Source of the DNA: Pseudomonadota bacterium
GTDB lineage: Bacteria > Pseudomonadota > Gammaproteobacteria > Burkholderiales > Burkholderiaceae_C
Reading direction: 5' to 3'
Length of the DNA stretch: 64,000 bases
Assembly (NCBI GenBank): GCA_021815805.1
Contig: JAKAZQ010000003.1
Location: forward strand, 93,703 to 157,702
Below are positions 48,843 through 59,197 of the stretch, piece after piece (position 1 is the first letter of the stretch; each line of letters opens with the position of its first letter). The position numbers and the translations under genes were made by a program. The notes under the pieces were generated by a model. The model was not told where the DNA came from, made no database searches, and saw nothing but the letters and a program-made list of their open reading frames with translations.

Positions 48843-49357
48843 ACCGTCCCCCGGATCGGGTAGTTGTTCTCGATCACGAAACGCAGGCCGCGCAGCAGCA
48901 GGTCGATGCCCGGGCGCAGGAAGGGCGCGTTCGCCACGTCCACGAGCTGCAGCACGCCCTGCGGATTGACCACGAACAGAGCAGGCTCGGCGAAGCGGTG
49001 ATCGGTCTCCTGCGCCGAGCGCGGCTCGGAGATGTACAGCCCGAGGCGCTGCATGGTGGCTTCGTCGAGCCCGTAGAGCAGCGGGAAACCCGGCTTCGCG
49101 GCGTCCGCGATGGCGCGTGTCTGCGTCTCGTTGTCGCACGACACGGCCGCCACCGATACGCCGAGCCGGTCGAATTCCTCGCGGCGCTGCTCGATCTCGC
49201 TCAGGTACGACTTGCAGATCGGGCAGTGCTGGCCGCGGACCACGAACAGCGCCTGCCACGCGCCGGGCGCGCCGAAGGTGAAGTCGGCGCCGTCGAGACG
49301 GCGCAGCGTGATCGGGTGGAACGGCTGGCCGGGATGCAGTTTGGGGCTGGTTTGCAT
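48839..49357 (-). CDS. peroxiredoxin-like AhpC/TSA redoxin
   Basis: FVVRGQHCPICKSYL CxxC, FAEPALFVV; ATGA overlap with the dehalogenase gene. Confidence 0.85.
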   Translation of the reverse strand: MQTSPKLHPGQPFHPITLRRLDGADFTFGAPGAWQALFVVRGQHCPICKSYLSEIEQRREEFDRLGVSVAAVSCDNETQTRAIADAAKPGFPLLYGLDEATMQRLGLYISEPRSAQETDHRFAEPALFVVNPQGVLQLVDVANAPFLRPGIDLLLRGLRFVIENNYPIRGTV

Positions 49358-49404
49358 GGGATGGACTCCGTCGGGAGGGCAGCTCAGGGGTTGCGTCGCG
49401 CGCG

Positions 49405-50109
49405 TCAGGCCGCGTACGCCAGGCGGGCGCGGCGCGCGAGTCCGCCGTAGGCGTCGAGCATGCGATCGACCCAGGCCGCGACCGGGTCGTCGGGCGCGAC
49501 CAGTGCGAGCGGGGTGATGATGCGCGCCCATTGAAAGGCGCCGAACACGGCGTGGTCGGCATAGGCCGGCGCGGCGCCCGCCACGTACGGCTGGTGCTGC
49601 AGCAGGTTGCGCAGCGGCGTCACGGTCTGGCGCAGCGCCGCCAGCGCCGGCTCGCGCTCGCCGGCGATGGTCTCGAAGCTGCGCCCGAAGGCCGCCTCGC
49701 GCGTCGTGCGGAAATATTCCTGGTCCTTGGCGTGCAGCGCCGCCGGGATGTCCGGCACGACGACGCGCGCGATCGCCGGATGCAGCACGTCGCTGGCCCA
49801 CTGGTTGACGAAGCGCGCCGTGGCGCGACCGTTGGCGCAGCCGAACAGGGACGGGCCTTCGGGGTGGTGATCCTCGAGATACTCGGCGATGTCCCAGCTC
49901 TCATGCAGCCACTGCTCTCCCGCCACCAGCACGGGCACCTTGCCCTGGCCGCTGCGCGCGATGGCGTCCTTCTCGGTGAATCGCCACGCTACGGTCTGCA
50001 CCGGCAGGCCCTTGTGGGCCAGCGCCAGGCGCGTGCGCCAGCAGTTGGGGCTGAAGCGCACGTCCTCGTGCGCGCCGGCCAGATCGAACATGCGCAGGGT
50101 TTGCTTCAT
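49405..50109 (-). CDS. glutathione S-transferase (beta-etherase-like group)
   Basis: FDLAG...RFSPNCWRTRLALAHKGL, GKVPVL, ESWDIAEYLE, PAYADHAVFG. Confidence 0.88.
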   Translation of the reverse strand: MKQTLRMFDLAGAHEDVRFSPNCWRTRLALAHKGLPVQTVAWRFTEKDAIARSGQGKVPVLVAGEQWLHESWDIAEYLEDHHPEGPSLFGCANGRATARFVNQWASDVLHPAIARVVVPDIPAALHAKDQEYFRTTREAAFGRSFETIAGEREPALAALRQTVTPLRNLLQHQPYVAGAAPAYADHAVFGAFQWARIITPLALVAPDDPVAAWVDRMLDAYGGLARRARLAYAA

Positions 50110-50191
50110 GGCTCGGTGGTCTCCGGGGTGATGGTGTGGCGCATGCGCGCGGGCGCGCCACGGTAAGGGATGGTTGGAACGCGTCGGCGGT

Positions 50192-50809
50192 TCATGCGCG
50201 GGGCACCGGTCGGGCGTCCGCGGCGGTGCGCTGCAGGCCGGCCAGCGCCTGCGTGACCACCGCCTGCATGCGCGTGGCGTCGTCGTCGAGACGCGCCAGC
50301 ACGCGCACGGCGAGCACCGCGCCGAGCAGGGCCGAGGCGCGGCCGTCGGTGTCGGTATCGGGCGCGAGCAGGCCCATGGCGACGGCCTGGCGCAGGCGTT
50401 GCGCGAAAAACACCTCGATCTCGCCCAGCCGGGCGCGCGCGACCTCGCGCGCCGCCTCCGACATCGGCGCTCCGTCGAGCACGGTGTTGACCAACAGGCA
50501 GCCGCGCCGTTGCGCATCCTGCGCGGACGCCCGGGCCAGCTGCTCGAGCAGGCTGGCGATGGCCTGCAGCGGATCGGTGGTCGCCGCAAGGCCGGCCAGG
50601 CGTTGCCGCAGGCCGTCGTCGGCATAGCGCTGCAGCGCCTCGACGAACAGCCCGTCCTTGTCGCGGAAGCGGTGATAGAGGGCGGAGGCGCTGAGCCCGG
50701 TGGCCTGCGTCAGGTCGCGCAGCGAGGTCGCGGCATAGCCGTTGCGCCAGAACACGTCTGCTGCGCGTTCCAGCACGGCATGGTCGGACAGGCTGCGGGC
50801 ACGGGGCAT
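50192..50809 (-). CDS. TetR-family regulator
   Basis: VFWRNGYAATSLRDL...SALYHRF; RGCLLVN. Confidence 0.92.
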   Translation of the reverse strand: MPRARSLSDHAVLERAADVFWRNGYAATSLRDLTQATGLSASALYHRFRDKDGLFVEALQRYADDGLRQRLAGLAATTDPLQAIASLLEQLARASAQDAQRRGCLLVNTVLDGAPMSEAAREVARARLGEIEVFFAQRLRQAVAMGLLAPDTDTDGRASALLGAVLAVRVLARLDDDATRMQAVVTQALAGLQRTAADARPVPRA

Positions 50810-50919
50810 CGCGGTTGCTTGCAGGAAACTTTTCCGGGAGAATAATGGAACGATCGATGCAGATCAAGCATCTCCAGTCTCCAGGGCCCCGCGGCCCCTG
50901 AATCTGAAGGAACCTGAAC

Positions 50920-51597
50920 GTGCAAGGCCCCCATCTCGTGTATTTCGCGGATCCGATGTGTTCCTGGTGCTGGGGCTTCTCCCCGGTGATCGAGCAGATC
51001 TCCCGGGAGTTCGGCGCGTCGTTGCCGGTGCGCCTGGTTCTCGGCGGCCTGCGCCCGTGGACGCGCGAGCCGATGGATGCCGCCCAGCGCAGCGACGTGC
51101 GCGGCCACTGGGAGCATGTGCACGAGGCCTCCGGCCAGCCTTTCGACTTCGACTTTTTCGAGCGCGAACATTTCGTCTACGACACGGAGCCGGCATGCAG
51201 GGCGGTGGTCGTGATGCGGCGCCGCGGCATGCACACCGCGCTGGCGGGCCTGCGGCGCATCCAGCAGGCGTTCTACGCCGAGAACCAGGACGTGACCCGG
51301 CTGGATACGCTGGCCGCGCTGGCCGCCGATGTCGGCGTGGACCAGCAGGCCTTCCGCGACGAATTCGTCGCCGATGCCGCCCTGCAGGAAACCCGCGCCG
51401 ATTTCGCCATGACCCAGGGCGCGGGCATCCAGGGCTTTCCCACGCTGATCGCCGGGACCGCAGAGGGCCAGCCGTACAGTCTCGTGACCCACGGTTTCCA
51501 GCCGGCCGCGCGCGTCCTCCCGGCGCTCGGACAATGGTTGCAGCGCAGCGCGCCCGGCACCTCCGACGCCCAGGGGCAGGCCTGCGCGCTGCCCTGA
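50920..51597 (+). CDS. DsbA-family thioredoxin-fold protein
   Basis: YFADPMCSWCWGF; GIQGFPTL cis-Pro loop. Confidence 0.88.
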   Translation: MQGPHLVYFADPMCSWCWGFSPVIEQISREFGASLPVRLVLGGLRPWTREPMDAAQRSDVRGHWEHVHEASGQPFDFDFFEREHFVYDTEPACRAVVVMRRRGMHTALAGLRRIQQAFYAENQDVTRLDTLAALAADVGVDQQAFRDEFVADAALQETRADFAMTQGAGIQGFPTLIAGTAEGQPYSLVTHGFQPAARVLPALGQWLQRSAPGTSDAQGQACALP

Positions 51598-51601
51598 GCG
51601 G

Positions 51602-52219
51602 ATGCGCCGGGGCGGCGCGCGACGGGGTAGCATGCGCAGGCTGCGTATCGCCGCGTCGCCCATGAACCGAGCCCGCCCCTTTGATCAGCAGTCCGTCGTC
51701 GAGGCCGCCATGCAGGCGTTCTGGGACGACGGGCTGATGGCCACCAGCGTCGACGACCTGCTGCGTGCCAGCGGCCTGGCGCGCTCCGCTCTGTACAACC
51801 GTTTCGGCAGTCGGGAGCAGCTGGCCCGACTCGCGCTGCAGCGCTATGCCGAGCGGCAAGGCGCGGGCATACGCGAGTTGTTCGCGCGGCGCGGCCTGGG
51901 CGCCGTGCGCGACATGCTGCTGGAGGCCGCGCTGGACAACGCGGGCGGGCGCGGCTGCCTGCTGGTGAATGCGCTGCACCAACTGCGCGCCGCCGACGCC
52001 GCCAGCGCCGCCAGCGCCCGGCGTGCGTTCGCCGCGCTGGCGCAGGCGCTGCGCGATGCGATCGCGCAGGTCGTGCCGGCGGGACAGGATGCCGAAGGAT
52101 TGTGTGCGGCGACGATGGCCGCCATCGCCGGCCTGCGCACCTTGCAGCGAGCTGCGGTTGCGCTGCCGCTACGTCGCGCCGCGGCCGAGCGCTTCGCCGA
52201 CATGCTGGCGCCGGTGTGA
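51602..52219 (+). CDS. TetR-family regulator (start may be 51662)
   Basis: MNRARPFD...FWDDGLMATSVDDL...SALYNRFG; RGCLLVN. Confidence 0.85.
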   Translation: MRRGGARRGSMRRLRIAASPMNRARPFDQQSVVEAAMQAFWDDGLMATSVDDLLRASGLARSALYNRFGSREQLARLALQRYAERQGAGIRELFARRGLGAVRDMLLEAALDNAGGRGCLLVNALHQLRAADAASAASARRAFAALAQALRDAIAQVVPAGQDAEGLCAATMAAIAGLRTLQRAAVALPLRRAAAERFADMLAPV

Positions 52220-52281
52220 GCGCGGCGGGCGCTGGTGCGGGGGATCGGCATGCGACGCGGGATGCCGCCGGGGGACACCGC

Positions 52282-53043
52282 GTGAGTGCCATCGCGCTGG
52301 ATCGCCTGCTGCAGTCGCAGGGCTTCGGAACCCGCCGGCAGTGTCGTGCGCTGGTCGCCGCCGGACATGTGTGTGTGGGCGGCGAAACCGTGCTGGATGC
52401 GCAACGGCCATTCGACACCGCTGCACTGCAGTTCACGGTTCGGGGTGAGGCGTGGACATACCGCGAGCGTGTCTACGTGGCCCTGAACAAGCCGCCCGGC
52501 CATGAATGTTCGCGGCGTCCCAGCCACCACCCATCCGTGCTCGAACTGCTGCCGCAGCCGTTGCGCGAGCGCGGCGTGCAACCGGTGGGCCGGCTGGACC
52601 ACGACACCACCGGCCTGCTGCTGCTGTCCGACGACGGCGGCTTCGTCCATGCCCAGTCGTCGCCGCGGCGCAAGGTGCCCAAGCGCTATCTCGCGACCAC
52701 CCACGACGCGGTCGATGCGCAACTCGTCGCCAGGCTGCTCGCCGGCGTGTGCCTGCGCGACGAGCCGCAGCCGCTGGCGGCGCTCGCCTGCGAAGCCGTG
52801 GGGACGCACCGGATCATGATCGCCGTGGACCAGGGCAAATACCATCAGGTCAAGCGCATGCTGGCGGCGGCCGGGCACCACTGCGTGGCATTGCAGCGCG
52901 TCGCCATCGGCGGACTGTGCCTGCGCAGTCTGGCGCTGGAGCAGGGCGCCTGGTGCTACCTGGGCGAGTCCGAGCGCGCCTTGCTGGGCGGCGCCGTGGC
53001 GGCCGGCGCGCTATCGCCGGGGCCTGCCGGCACGCAAGCCTGA
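52282..53043 (+). CDS. rsuA: 16S rRNA pseudouridine synthase
   Basis: LDRLLQSQGFG (S4), LNKPPG, VGRLDHDTTGLLLLSDDG, QGKYHQVKRM. Confidence 0.88.
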   Translation: MSAIALDRLLQSQGFGTRRQCRALVAAGHVCVGGETVLDAQRPFDTAALQFTVRGEAWTYRERVYVALNKPPGHECSRRPSHHPSVLELLPQPLRERGVQPVGRLDHDTTGLLLLSDDGGFVHAQSSPRRKVPKRYLATTHDAVDAQLVARLLAGVCLRDEPQPLAALACEAVGTHRIMIAVDQGKYHQVKRMLAAAGHHCVALQRVAIGGLCLRSLALEQGAWCYLGESERALLGGAVAAGALSPGPAGTQA

Positions 53044-53466
53044 GCAGGCCTGCCGAGCGTCGGGCGGGTCGCCGCGCCGGCGTGTCGCAGCGGCGGTGCC
53101 GCACACCCACCGCGGGCGCCGCGTTGCGCTCGCCCATCGGCACCCATCTGTCACCATCGGCCACCATCGGCCTGCCTCGACCTGCGATGGCCGCCGACGG
53201 GGCGATGCCCGCATGCCTCGCCGCGGCGGCTGCGCAAAGCCGCGGAACCAGCGCGCGGCGGCGCGTCGCGCCGCGTCGGTCGCGCACCTCCGCCGGCTGG
53301 CGCCGCGGTCGCCGGCGCGTTGCGGGTTCACCCTGATTTCGTGCGTGATCCGCACTTGATGCAACGCAATGCCCGCCGTACGGCGTGCGCTAAGGTTGTA
53401 TCAAACAGTGTGCAGCCGAGCCGGGCATGACCTTGCCCCCCTCGGCGACGAGACTTGGAGGTGGCG

Positions 53467-53730
53467 ATGTTCTTCCGGCAACGAATCGACGAACAGCCTT
53501 TGTGGCGCCTCGGCGTGCGCATCGACACGCCCGAGGATCTCGAGCAGCTGGCCTGGCTGGTGCAGTGCCGAGGAGCCGCGCGTGTGCGTGCCGCGGCGCT
53601 GCGGCGCACCGCGCTGCTTGCCCCGCGTCCGCCGGCCGTGGCCGACGAGTTGCACCTCACGCTGCCGGCGCAGGCGCCGCGGGCGCAGCGATCGCGGCCG
53701 CTGCCGGGCCTGCAGGTCGCGCTGTTCTAG
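53467..53730 (+). CDS. hypothetical protein (87 aa)
   Basis: Strong GGAGG RBS before ATG; no recognised motif. Confidence 0.45.
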   Translation: MFFRQRIDEQPLWRLGVRIDTPEDLEQLAWLVQCRGAARVRAAALRRTALLAPRPPAVADELHLTLPAQAPRAQRSRPLPGLQVALF

Positions 53731-53937
53731 TGTCCTGTCGCGTAACTACCTGTCATTTCGCTGGGCCGTATCGGGTTCGGCGCCTGCGGGGCCCTCGCCG
53801 GCCGCCCGCACGGGGTCAGGACTGGGCGTCCGGCCCCGGCAAGGGCGGCCTGCGAATGTCGCGACGACGGCACTGCAGCCCCGCGGCACCGGCCGTCGCC
53901 GACCCTGTCGGGCGCTCCGGCCGCGGGGCGCGCGGAT

Positions 53938-54141
53938 CTACCAACGCGGGCGCATGTGCGCGCCGAACGCGTCGGATGGCGCGTAATCGGCGCTGATGCC
54001 GTGGTGCACATGGGTCTCGAGTTCCAGCATGCGGCGTTCGAGATCGCTGATGTCGCTGGCCTGGGCGAGATAGGCCTCGTCCATGCGCTGCTGGGGGTCG
54101 AAGTGGATCAGTTGGTCGAGGAACTTGACGGGATTGAACAT
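53938..54141 (-). CDS. DUF3563-like small protein
   Basis: EAYLAQASDISDLERRMLELE pattern; GAGG RBS. Confidence 0.7.
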   Translation of the reverse strand: MFNPVKFLDQLIHFDPQQRMDEAYLAQASDISDLERRMLELETHVHHGISADYAPSDAFGAHMRPRW

Positions 54142-54338
54142 GATGAACTCCCTCGTGGGGATGAAGCGCCCTTCGTTGGGCATCGGGTTAACCCTAATAT
54201 AGGACGAGTTTGCGATTTTGCAAAACGAAATCGCATCGCACGTTGTGAAATTGCATCGTGTGCAATGCGCGCGGGCGAAACAGCCGCCAGGCGCCGCGTC
54301 GGGCGCGCCGGATCGCCCGCCGGCGCACAATGCGCGGC

Positions 54339-55145
54339 ATGAACCTCCAGCTTGCCTCCGATCTGCACCTCGAGCATCTGGCAGCACGCTTTCCGGGCGA
54401 AACCCTGATCCGTCCCGCCGCGGCCGCCGACCTGCTGGTGCTCGCCGGCGACATCGCACCGACCACCGATGCCGTGCGCCTGTTCGCCGACTGGCCGGTG
54501 CCGGTGGTCTACGTGCCGGGCAACCACGAGTTCTTCGACGCCGACTGGCAGGCGACGCGTCGCGCGCTGCGGCGCGCGGCCGAAGGCACGCGCGTGGTCG
54601 TGCTCGACAGCGACGCCTGGGTCTGGCGCGGCGTGCGGTTTCTCGGCTGTACGCTGTGGACCGACTACGGCCTGGAGCCCGACGTGCCGCAGGCCGACCA
54701 GATGCGGCGCTGCGCCGGACGCATCCGCGACCATGCCGTGATCCGCGTCGACGACGCCTGGTTCACGCCGTCGCACGCGCTCGCCGAGCACCGGCGCAAC
54801 CGCGCCTGGCTGCAGGCACAGCTGGAGCAGCCCTTCGACGGCCCCACGGTGGTCGTCAGCCATCACGCGCCGAGCGCCCGCTCGATTCATCCGCGGTTCT
54901 CCGGGCACGCATCGAATCCGGCCTTCGCCAGCCGGCTCGACGCGCTGGTGGCGCGTGCCGATGTCTGGCTGCACGGCCACGTGCACGACAGCTTCGACTA
55001 CCGGATCGCCGACGCCGGCGGGCGCTGCTGCCGCGTGGTGGCGAATCCGCGCGGCTACGCGCGCGGGCGCGACCAGGCAGGCAGCGTGGCGGACCTGGCC
55101 TTCGAGAACACGGCCTTTGTCCCGGAGTGCGTCATCGCCGTCTGA
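54339..55145 (+). CDS. calcineurin-like metallophosphoesterase
   Basis: SDLHLE, LAGDI, VPGNHE, SHHAP, HGHVH motifs. Confidence 0.92.
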   Translation: MNLQLASDLHLEHLAARFPGETLIRPAAAADLLVLAGDIAPTTDAVRLFADWPVPVVYVPGNHEFFDADWQATRRALRRAAEGTRVVVLDSDAWVWRGVRFLGCTLWTDYGLEPDVPQADQMRRCAGRIRDHAVIRVDDAWFTPSHALAEHRRNRAWLQAQLEQPFDGPTVVVSHHAPSARSIHPRFSGHASNPAFASRLDALVARADVWLHGHVHDSFDYRIADAGGRCCRVVANPRGYARGRDQAGSVADLAFENTAFVPECVIAV

Positions 55146-55400
55146 GCCGCACGCGCAGCGCGGCGCGGCCAGGGGGTGGCGTGGCGCGCGGCGTGCGCAC
55201 CGCTTGCGCGCCGCCCGGGCCGTGGCCCGCGCGGCTCAAGTCCGGGCCCGGACGTGCCGTTAGCCGGTCAAGGCACGCGTGCATGCCGAGGTGCCGCGAG
55301 CCGCCCCAGGGTTGGCTCGATTCCGCGGGCGCCGGGGCATGCGCTACCCTCGGGCCAGGCCCGTCGGCGCATCCAGACCAGAGCACATTCCAGGCATTCC

Positions 55401-57278
55401 ATGGCCACGTCCACACTTCACCCCGCCGCGTTGCGTGCGCTGCGCCAGGCGCTGGCGTCCCGGCCGAGTTGCGAGATGCTGGTCGAGGCGGCAGATCCCG
55501 CGCTCGACGGACGCATCGTGCTGTTGAACCTGCAGGCGCAGCGCCTGCTGCAGCCGCTCGCGGTGCAGGAGGGCGCCACGCTGGGTGCCTGGATCGAGGC
55601 CTGCGGGCTCGATGCCGCGCGCGTCCAGCAGGCGCTGCATGGGCTCGGCGGCGGCGAGCCCGAAACCGCCCAGCTGCCGTGCCCGCGCAGCGACGGCGAC
55701 TGGCTGCTGGCCTTGCGGCCGCTGCACGACGAGCAGGGCCTGGTCGAGGCCTGGCAGCTGTCGTGGCAGGGCGCCGACGCGGCGGCGGCCGGCACGTCGG
55801 CGCAGCGTCTGGTCGAGCACCTGTCGCAGCGTCCGCTGGCGATCAGCGCCGAGCAGATCGCCGGCTTCGACGGCGCCGAGCGCTCGATCCTGGCGTTCCT
55901 GCGCGAGCGCGCGCTGGCATGGGAAAACGGGTCCACCAAGGTCGGACTGGCCTCGGCGCGCGGGTATTTCTCCCCCAAGGGCTCGGTGCAGGTGTTCAAG
56001 GAACGCCAGGCCGAGCAGGACGCGCTGATCGCCCATGTTGGCCGAAGCGTGCAGCAGGTGGTGCAGGCCAACCAGGCCATGGAGCACAACATCGCGCAGG
56101 CGGCCGACCGCGCCCTCGGGATTTTCCGCGTCGCCGAAGCGCGCCAGCGCGACGTGCACGGCGCGCGCGAGCAGTTCCAGGCGCTCACCGAGGAAGCCGC
56201 GCGCAATGGCGAGCATCTGGATCGCATTCACGAACACGCCCAGGGCATCACGCGCGTGCTCCAGGTGATCCGCGACATCTCCGGGCAGACCAACCTGCTC
56301 GCGCTCAACGCGGCCATCGAGGCCGCGCGCGCGGGCGAGGCCGGGCGTGGCTTCGCCGTGGTCGCCGACGAGGTGCGGCGCCTGGCCACCAAGGCCGCGC
56401 AGACGGTGGTCAGCGCGGGCGAGTCCATCGAGGCCATCCAGGAATCCGTCACGGTGGCGCACCAGGCCGCGCGCAATCTGGGCGACGCCGTCGGGCGCAG
56501 TTCGGAGCAGATGGCCGGCGTGCTGCGCGGCTTCACGGAAATCCGCGAGGGCATCGAGCAGAACCAGGCCACCTTCGAGGAGACCACGAGTCTCGGGCGC
56601 ACCGCGCAGAAGGCGATCGGCGAGTTGTCGACGAGCTTCGAGCAGATGGCCGCGGGCATCCGCCAGGCGAACGAGGAAGGCATCCAGGGCGCGGCCGAGA
56701 TGTCCGCCCAGTTGCTCGAGACCCTGAACGAGAACAAGGTGCTGCTCGAGATGAACCTGGATTTCGACACCGGCTCGGAACTGAGCGTGGCATCACGCGC
56801 CGCCTACGCCGGCGCCGCCGAAATCGGGCAGGCGCTGAAGCAGGCGCTCGACCAGGGGCTGATCAGCGAGGATGCGCTGTTCGACGAGCAGTACGTGCCG
56901 ATCCCGGGCAGCCGGCCGCCCAAGTTCCGCACCCGCGCCAGCGATCTGTTCAAGCAGCGCGTGCAACCTCTGCTCGATCGCACGCTGGGGCGCGGCAAGG
57001 GCCTGCGCTTCGCGTTCGCGGTGGATCGCAACGGCTACACGCCGACCCACAACACCATCTACGACAAGCCCCTGACCGGCGATCCGCAGAAGGACCTGGT
57101 GGGCAACCGCGCCATGCGCATCTTCGACGACTCGGCGGGGCTCGAGGCGGCGCACAACAGCAAGCCGATCCACCTGATGATCTACGCTCGCGACACCGGC
57201 GAGGTGCTGCGCGAACTGGACGTGCCGATCTATGTCGGCGCGCGCCAGTGGGGCAACCTGCGCGTGGGCTTTCCCTGA
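55401..57278 (+). CDS. soluble methyl-accepting chemotaxis protein with extra C-terminal domain
   Basis: [34 protein letters not shown]; no TM; C-terminal [12 protein letters not shown]...YARDTGE...WGNLRVGF domain. Confidence 0.9.
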   Translation: MATSTLHPAALRALRQALASRPSCEMLVEAADPALDGRIVLLNLQAQRLLQPLAVQEGATLGAWIEACGLDAARVQQALHGLGGGEPETAQLPCPRSDGDWLLALRPLHDEQGLVEAWQLSWQGADAAAAGTSAQRLVEHLSQRPLAISAEQIAGFDGAERSILAFLRERALAWENGSTKVGLASARGYFSPKGSVQVFKERQAEQDALIAHVGRSVQQVVQANQAMEHNIAQAADRALGIFRVAEARQRDVHGAREQFQALTEEAARNGEHLDRIHEHAQGITRVLQVIRDISGQTNLLALNAAIEAARAGEAGRGFAVVADEVRRLATKAAQTVVSAGESIEAIQESVTVAHQAARNLGDAVGRSSEQMAGVLRGFTEIREGIEQNQATFEETTSLGRTAQKAIGELSTSFEQMAAGIRQANEEGIQGAAEMSAQLLETLNENKVLLEMNLDFDTGSELSVASRAAYAGAAEIGQALKQALDQGLISEDALFDEQYVPIPGSRPPKFRTRASDLFKQRVQPLLDRTLGRGKGLRFAFAVDRNGYTPTHNTIYDKPLTGDPQKDLVGNRAMRIFDDSAGLEAAHNSKPIHLMIYARDTGEVLRELDVPIYVGARQWGNLRVGFP

Positions 57279-57297
57279 TCGATCGGCGCGCCAGCGC

Positions 57298-57331
57298 AAG
57301 GGGGCCGGCTGCGTGCAGCCGGCCCCCTTTT
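57298..57331. terminator. bidirectional terminator-like hairpin between convergent genes
   Basis: AAGGGGGCCGGCTGC-gt-GCAGCCGGCCCCCTT(TT). Confidence 0.75.
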
Positions 57332-57365
57332 GCATGCTGCGGGCCGCGCGGCCCGCAGCGCGCGC

Positions 57366-59000
57366 TCAGAACAGCGCGGCGGCCTTCTGCAGCGCGATGT
57401 ACACGCCGATCAGGAACGGGATGCCGATCGCCAGCCACGACACCAGGCCGAGCGAACCGAACGAGCCGCGTGCCGCGGTATGCGCTCCCTCGCCGCCCTG
57501 GCGCTCGTGCTGCAGCGCCTTTTCGCGCGCCAGGTGCTCGTCGTCCATGTGGTGCTTCTCGTGCACCGGACGCACCATCGCGTTGAGCAGCAGCCCGATC
57601 AGCAGCAGCCCCGCCAGGATGTACAGGGTGCGGTCGTAGACCAGGTTGTGCGGCACGCCGGCCTTGATCTGCGCCTGGCGCAGGTGGGCGATCAGGAACG
57701 GTCCGGCGATGCCGGCGGCCGACCACGCGGTGAGCAGCCGGCCATGGATGGCGCCGACCATCTGCGTGCCGAAGATGTCGGCCAGGTAGGCCGGCACCGT
57801 GGAGAAGCCGCCGCCGTACATCGACAGGATCAGGCAGATCGCGACGAGGAAGGCGCCGGCCATGCCGAGGTGACCGAAGGTCGGCAGGCTGACGTACAGC
57901 GCCATGCCGAGGATGAAGAACAGCGCATAGGTGGTCTTGCGCCCGATGCGGTCGGAGATGCTGGCCCAGAAAAACCGCCCCAGGCTGTTGAACAGGCTGA
58001 TCAGCCCCACCAGCCCGGCCGCCGACGCGGCGATCGCCGCCTTCTGCGCCGCGCTCAGCGCGGTGGCGCCGTCGAGCCCGATCAGGTGACCGCCGAACAC
58101 ATCCTGCAGCATCGGGCTGGCCATCGAGATCACGCCGATGCCGGCCGTCACGTTGAGGAACAGCACGCCCCAGATCAGCCAGAACTGCGGGGTCTTCCAG
58201 GCAACGTCGAGGTGCACGTGCTTGCTGGTCACCATCGCCTTGGCCGTCGCCGGCTCGGTCCAGCCTTCGGGCTTCCAGCCGCTGGGCGGCACGCGCATCC
58301 CGAAGGCGCCCAGCGACATCACGACGATGTACAGGATGCCCATGCTGATGAGGGTGGCCGCGACCCCCGCCGAGGCGTTGCCGCTGCCGAAGTGCTTCAT
58401 CAGCGCCACGGCGATCGGCGCGCCGATCATCGCGCCGCCGCCGTAGCCCATGATGGCCATGCCGGTGGCCATGCCGCGACGATCCGGGAACCACTTGATG
58501 AGCGTGGACACGGGAGTGATGTATCCGAGGCCCTGGCCGACGCCGCCGATGACGCCGCAGCCCAGCCAGAGCAGCCACAGCTGGTGCATGGACACGCCGA
58601 TGCCGCCGAGCGCCATGCCGCCGCCCCAGCAGAGCGCGGCGATGAACCCGGCCTTGCGCGGACCGGCATGCTCGAGCCAGCCGCCCCACACGGCGGCGGC
58701 CACGCCGAGCACGGCGATGAACATTTCGAAGGTCGAGGTGACCAGCGGCACGGTCCAGTTGCAGCTGGTGGAGAACATCAGCGTGCCGATGCCGGCGCCC
58801 GTGCAGGTGGCATCGGGCCCCGCCAGCAGTCGGCTCAGCGGCAGCCAGAACACGGAGAACCCGTAGGCCATGCCGATGCACAGGTGGATCGCCAGCGCCG
58901 CGGGAGGAACCAGCCAGCGGTTGAAGCCCGGGCCCGCCACGATGCGCTCGCGCGCCAGCAGTCCCGGGTTGGCAACGGGTTGTGTCAATACCTCGGACAT
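57366..59000 (-). CDS. OFA-family MFS transporter (oxalate/formate antiporter-like)
   Basis: GFNRWLVPPAALAIHLCIGMAYGFSVFW, KWFPDRRGMATGMAIMGYGGG, YLADIFGTQMVGAIHGRLLTAWS. Confidence 0.92.
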   Translation of the reverse strand: MSEVLTQPVANPGLLARERIVAGPGFNRWLVPPAALAIHLCIGMAYGFSVFWLPLSRLLAGPDATCTGAGIGTLMFSTSCNWTVPLVTSTFEMFIAVLGVAAAVWGGWLEHAGPRKAGFIAALCWGGGMALGGIGVSMHQLWLLWLGCGVIGGVGQGLGYITPVSTLIKWFPDRRGMATGMAIMGYGGGAMIGAPIAVALMKHFGSGNASAGVAATLISMGILYIVVMSLGAFGMRVPPSGWKPEGWTEPATAKAMVTSKHVHLDVAWKTPQFWLIWGVLFLNVTAGIGVISMASPMLQDVFGGHLIGLDGATALSAAQKAAIAASAAGLVGLISLFNSLGRFFWASISDRIGRKTTYALFFILGMALYVSLPTFGHLGMAGAFLVAICLILSMYGGGFSTVPAYLADIFGTQMVGAIHGRLLTAWSAAGIAGPFLIAHLRQAQIKAGVPHNLVYDRTLYILAGLLLIGLLLNAMVRPVHEKHHMDDEHLAREKALQHERQGGEGAHTAARGSFGSLGLVSWLAIGIPFLIGVYIALQKAAALF

Positions 59001-59197
59001 CTCGTCTCCTCGAAAACAAATGGTCATGCAATGGATCACGGCCCTACGGTCCGTGACTTCTCGACGCATGTTTATAACCGCATGCGACCAAATGCTTCTC
59101 ATGGTCGACCCTTGGTTCGGGAGCCGCAAGCGTGAAAAATTTCGAACGCGCATTCGGCCGCGGCGTACGCGGCGGGCGCGACCCGGCGGCGCCGGGC

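Noticed and set aside
50854-50867. FNR-like box TCGAT-N4-ATCAA
   Set aside because: One mismatch in a key position, and it overlaps a palindrome better explained as a TetR operator.
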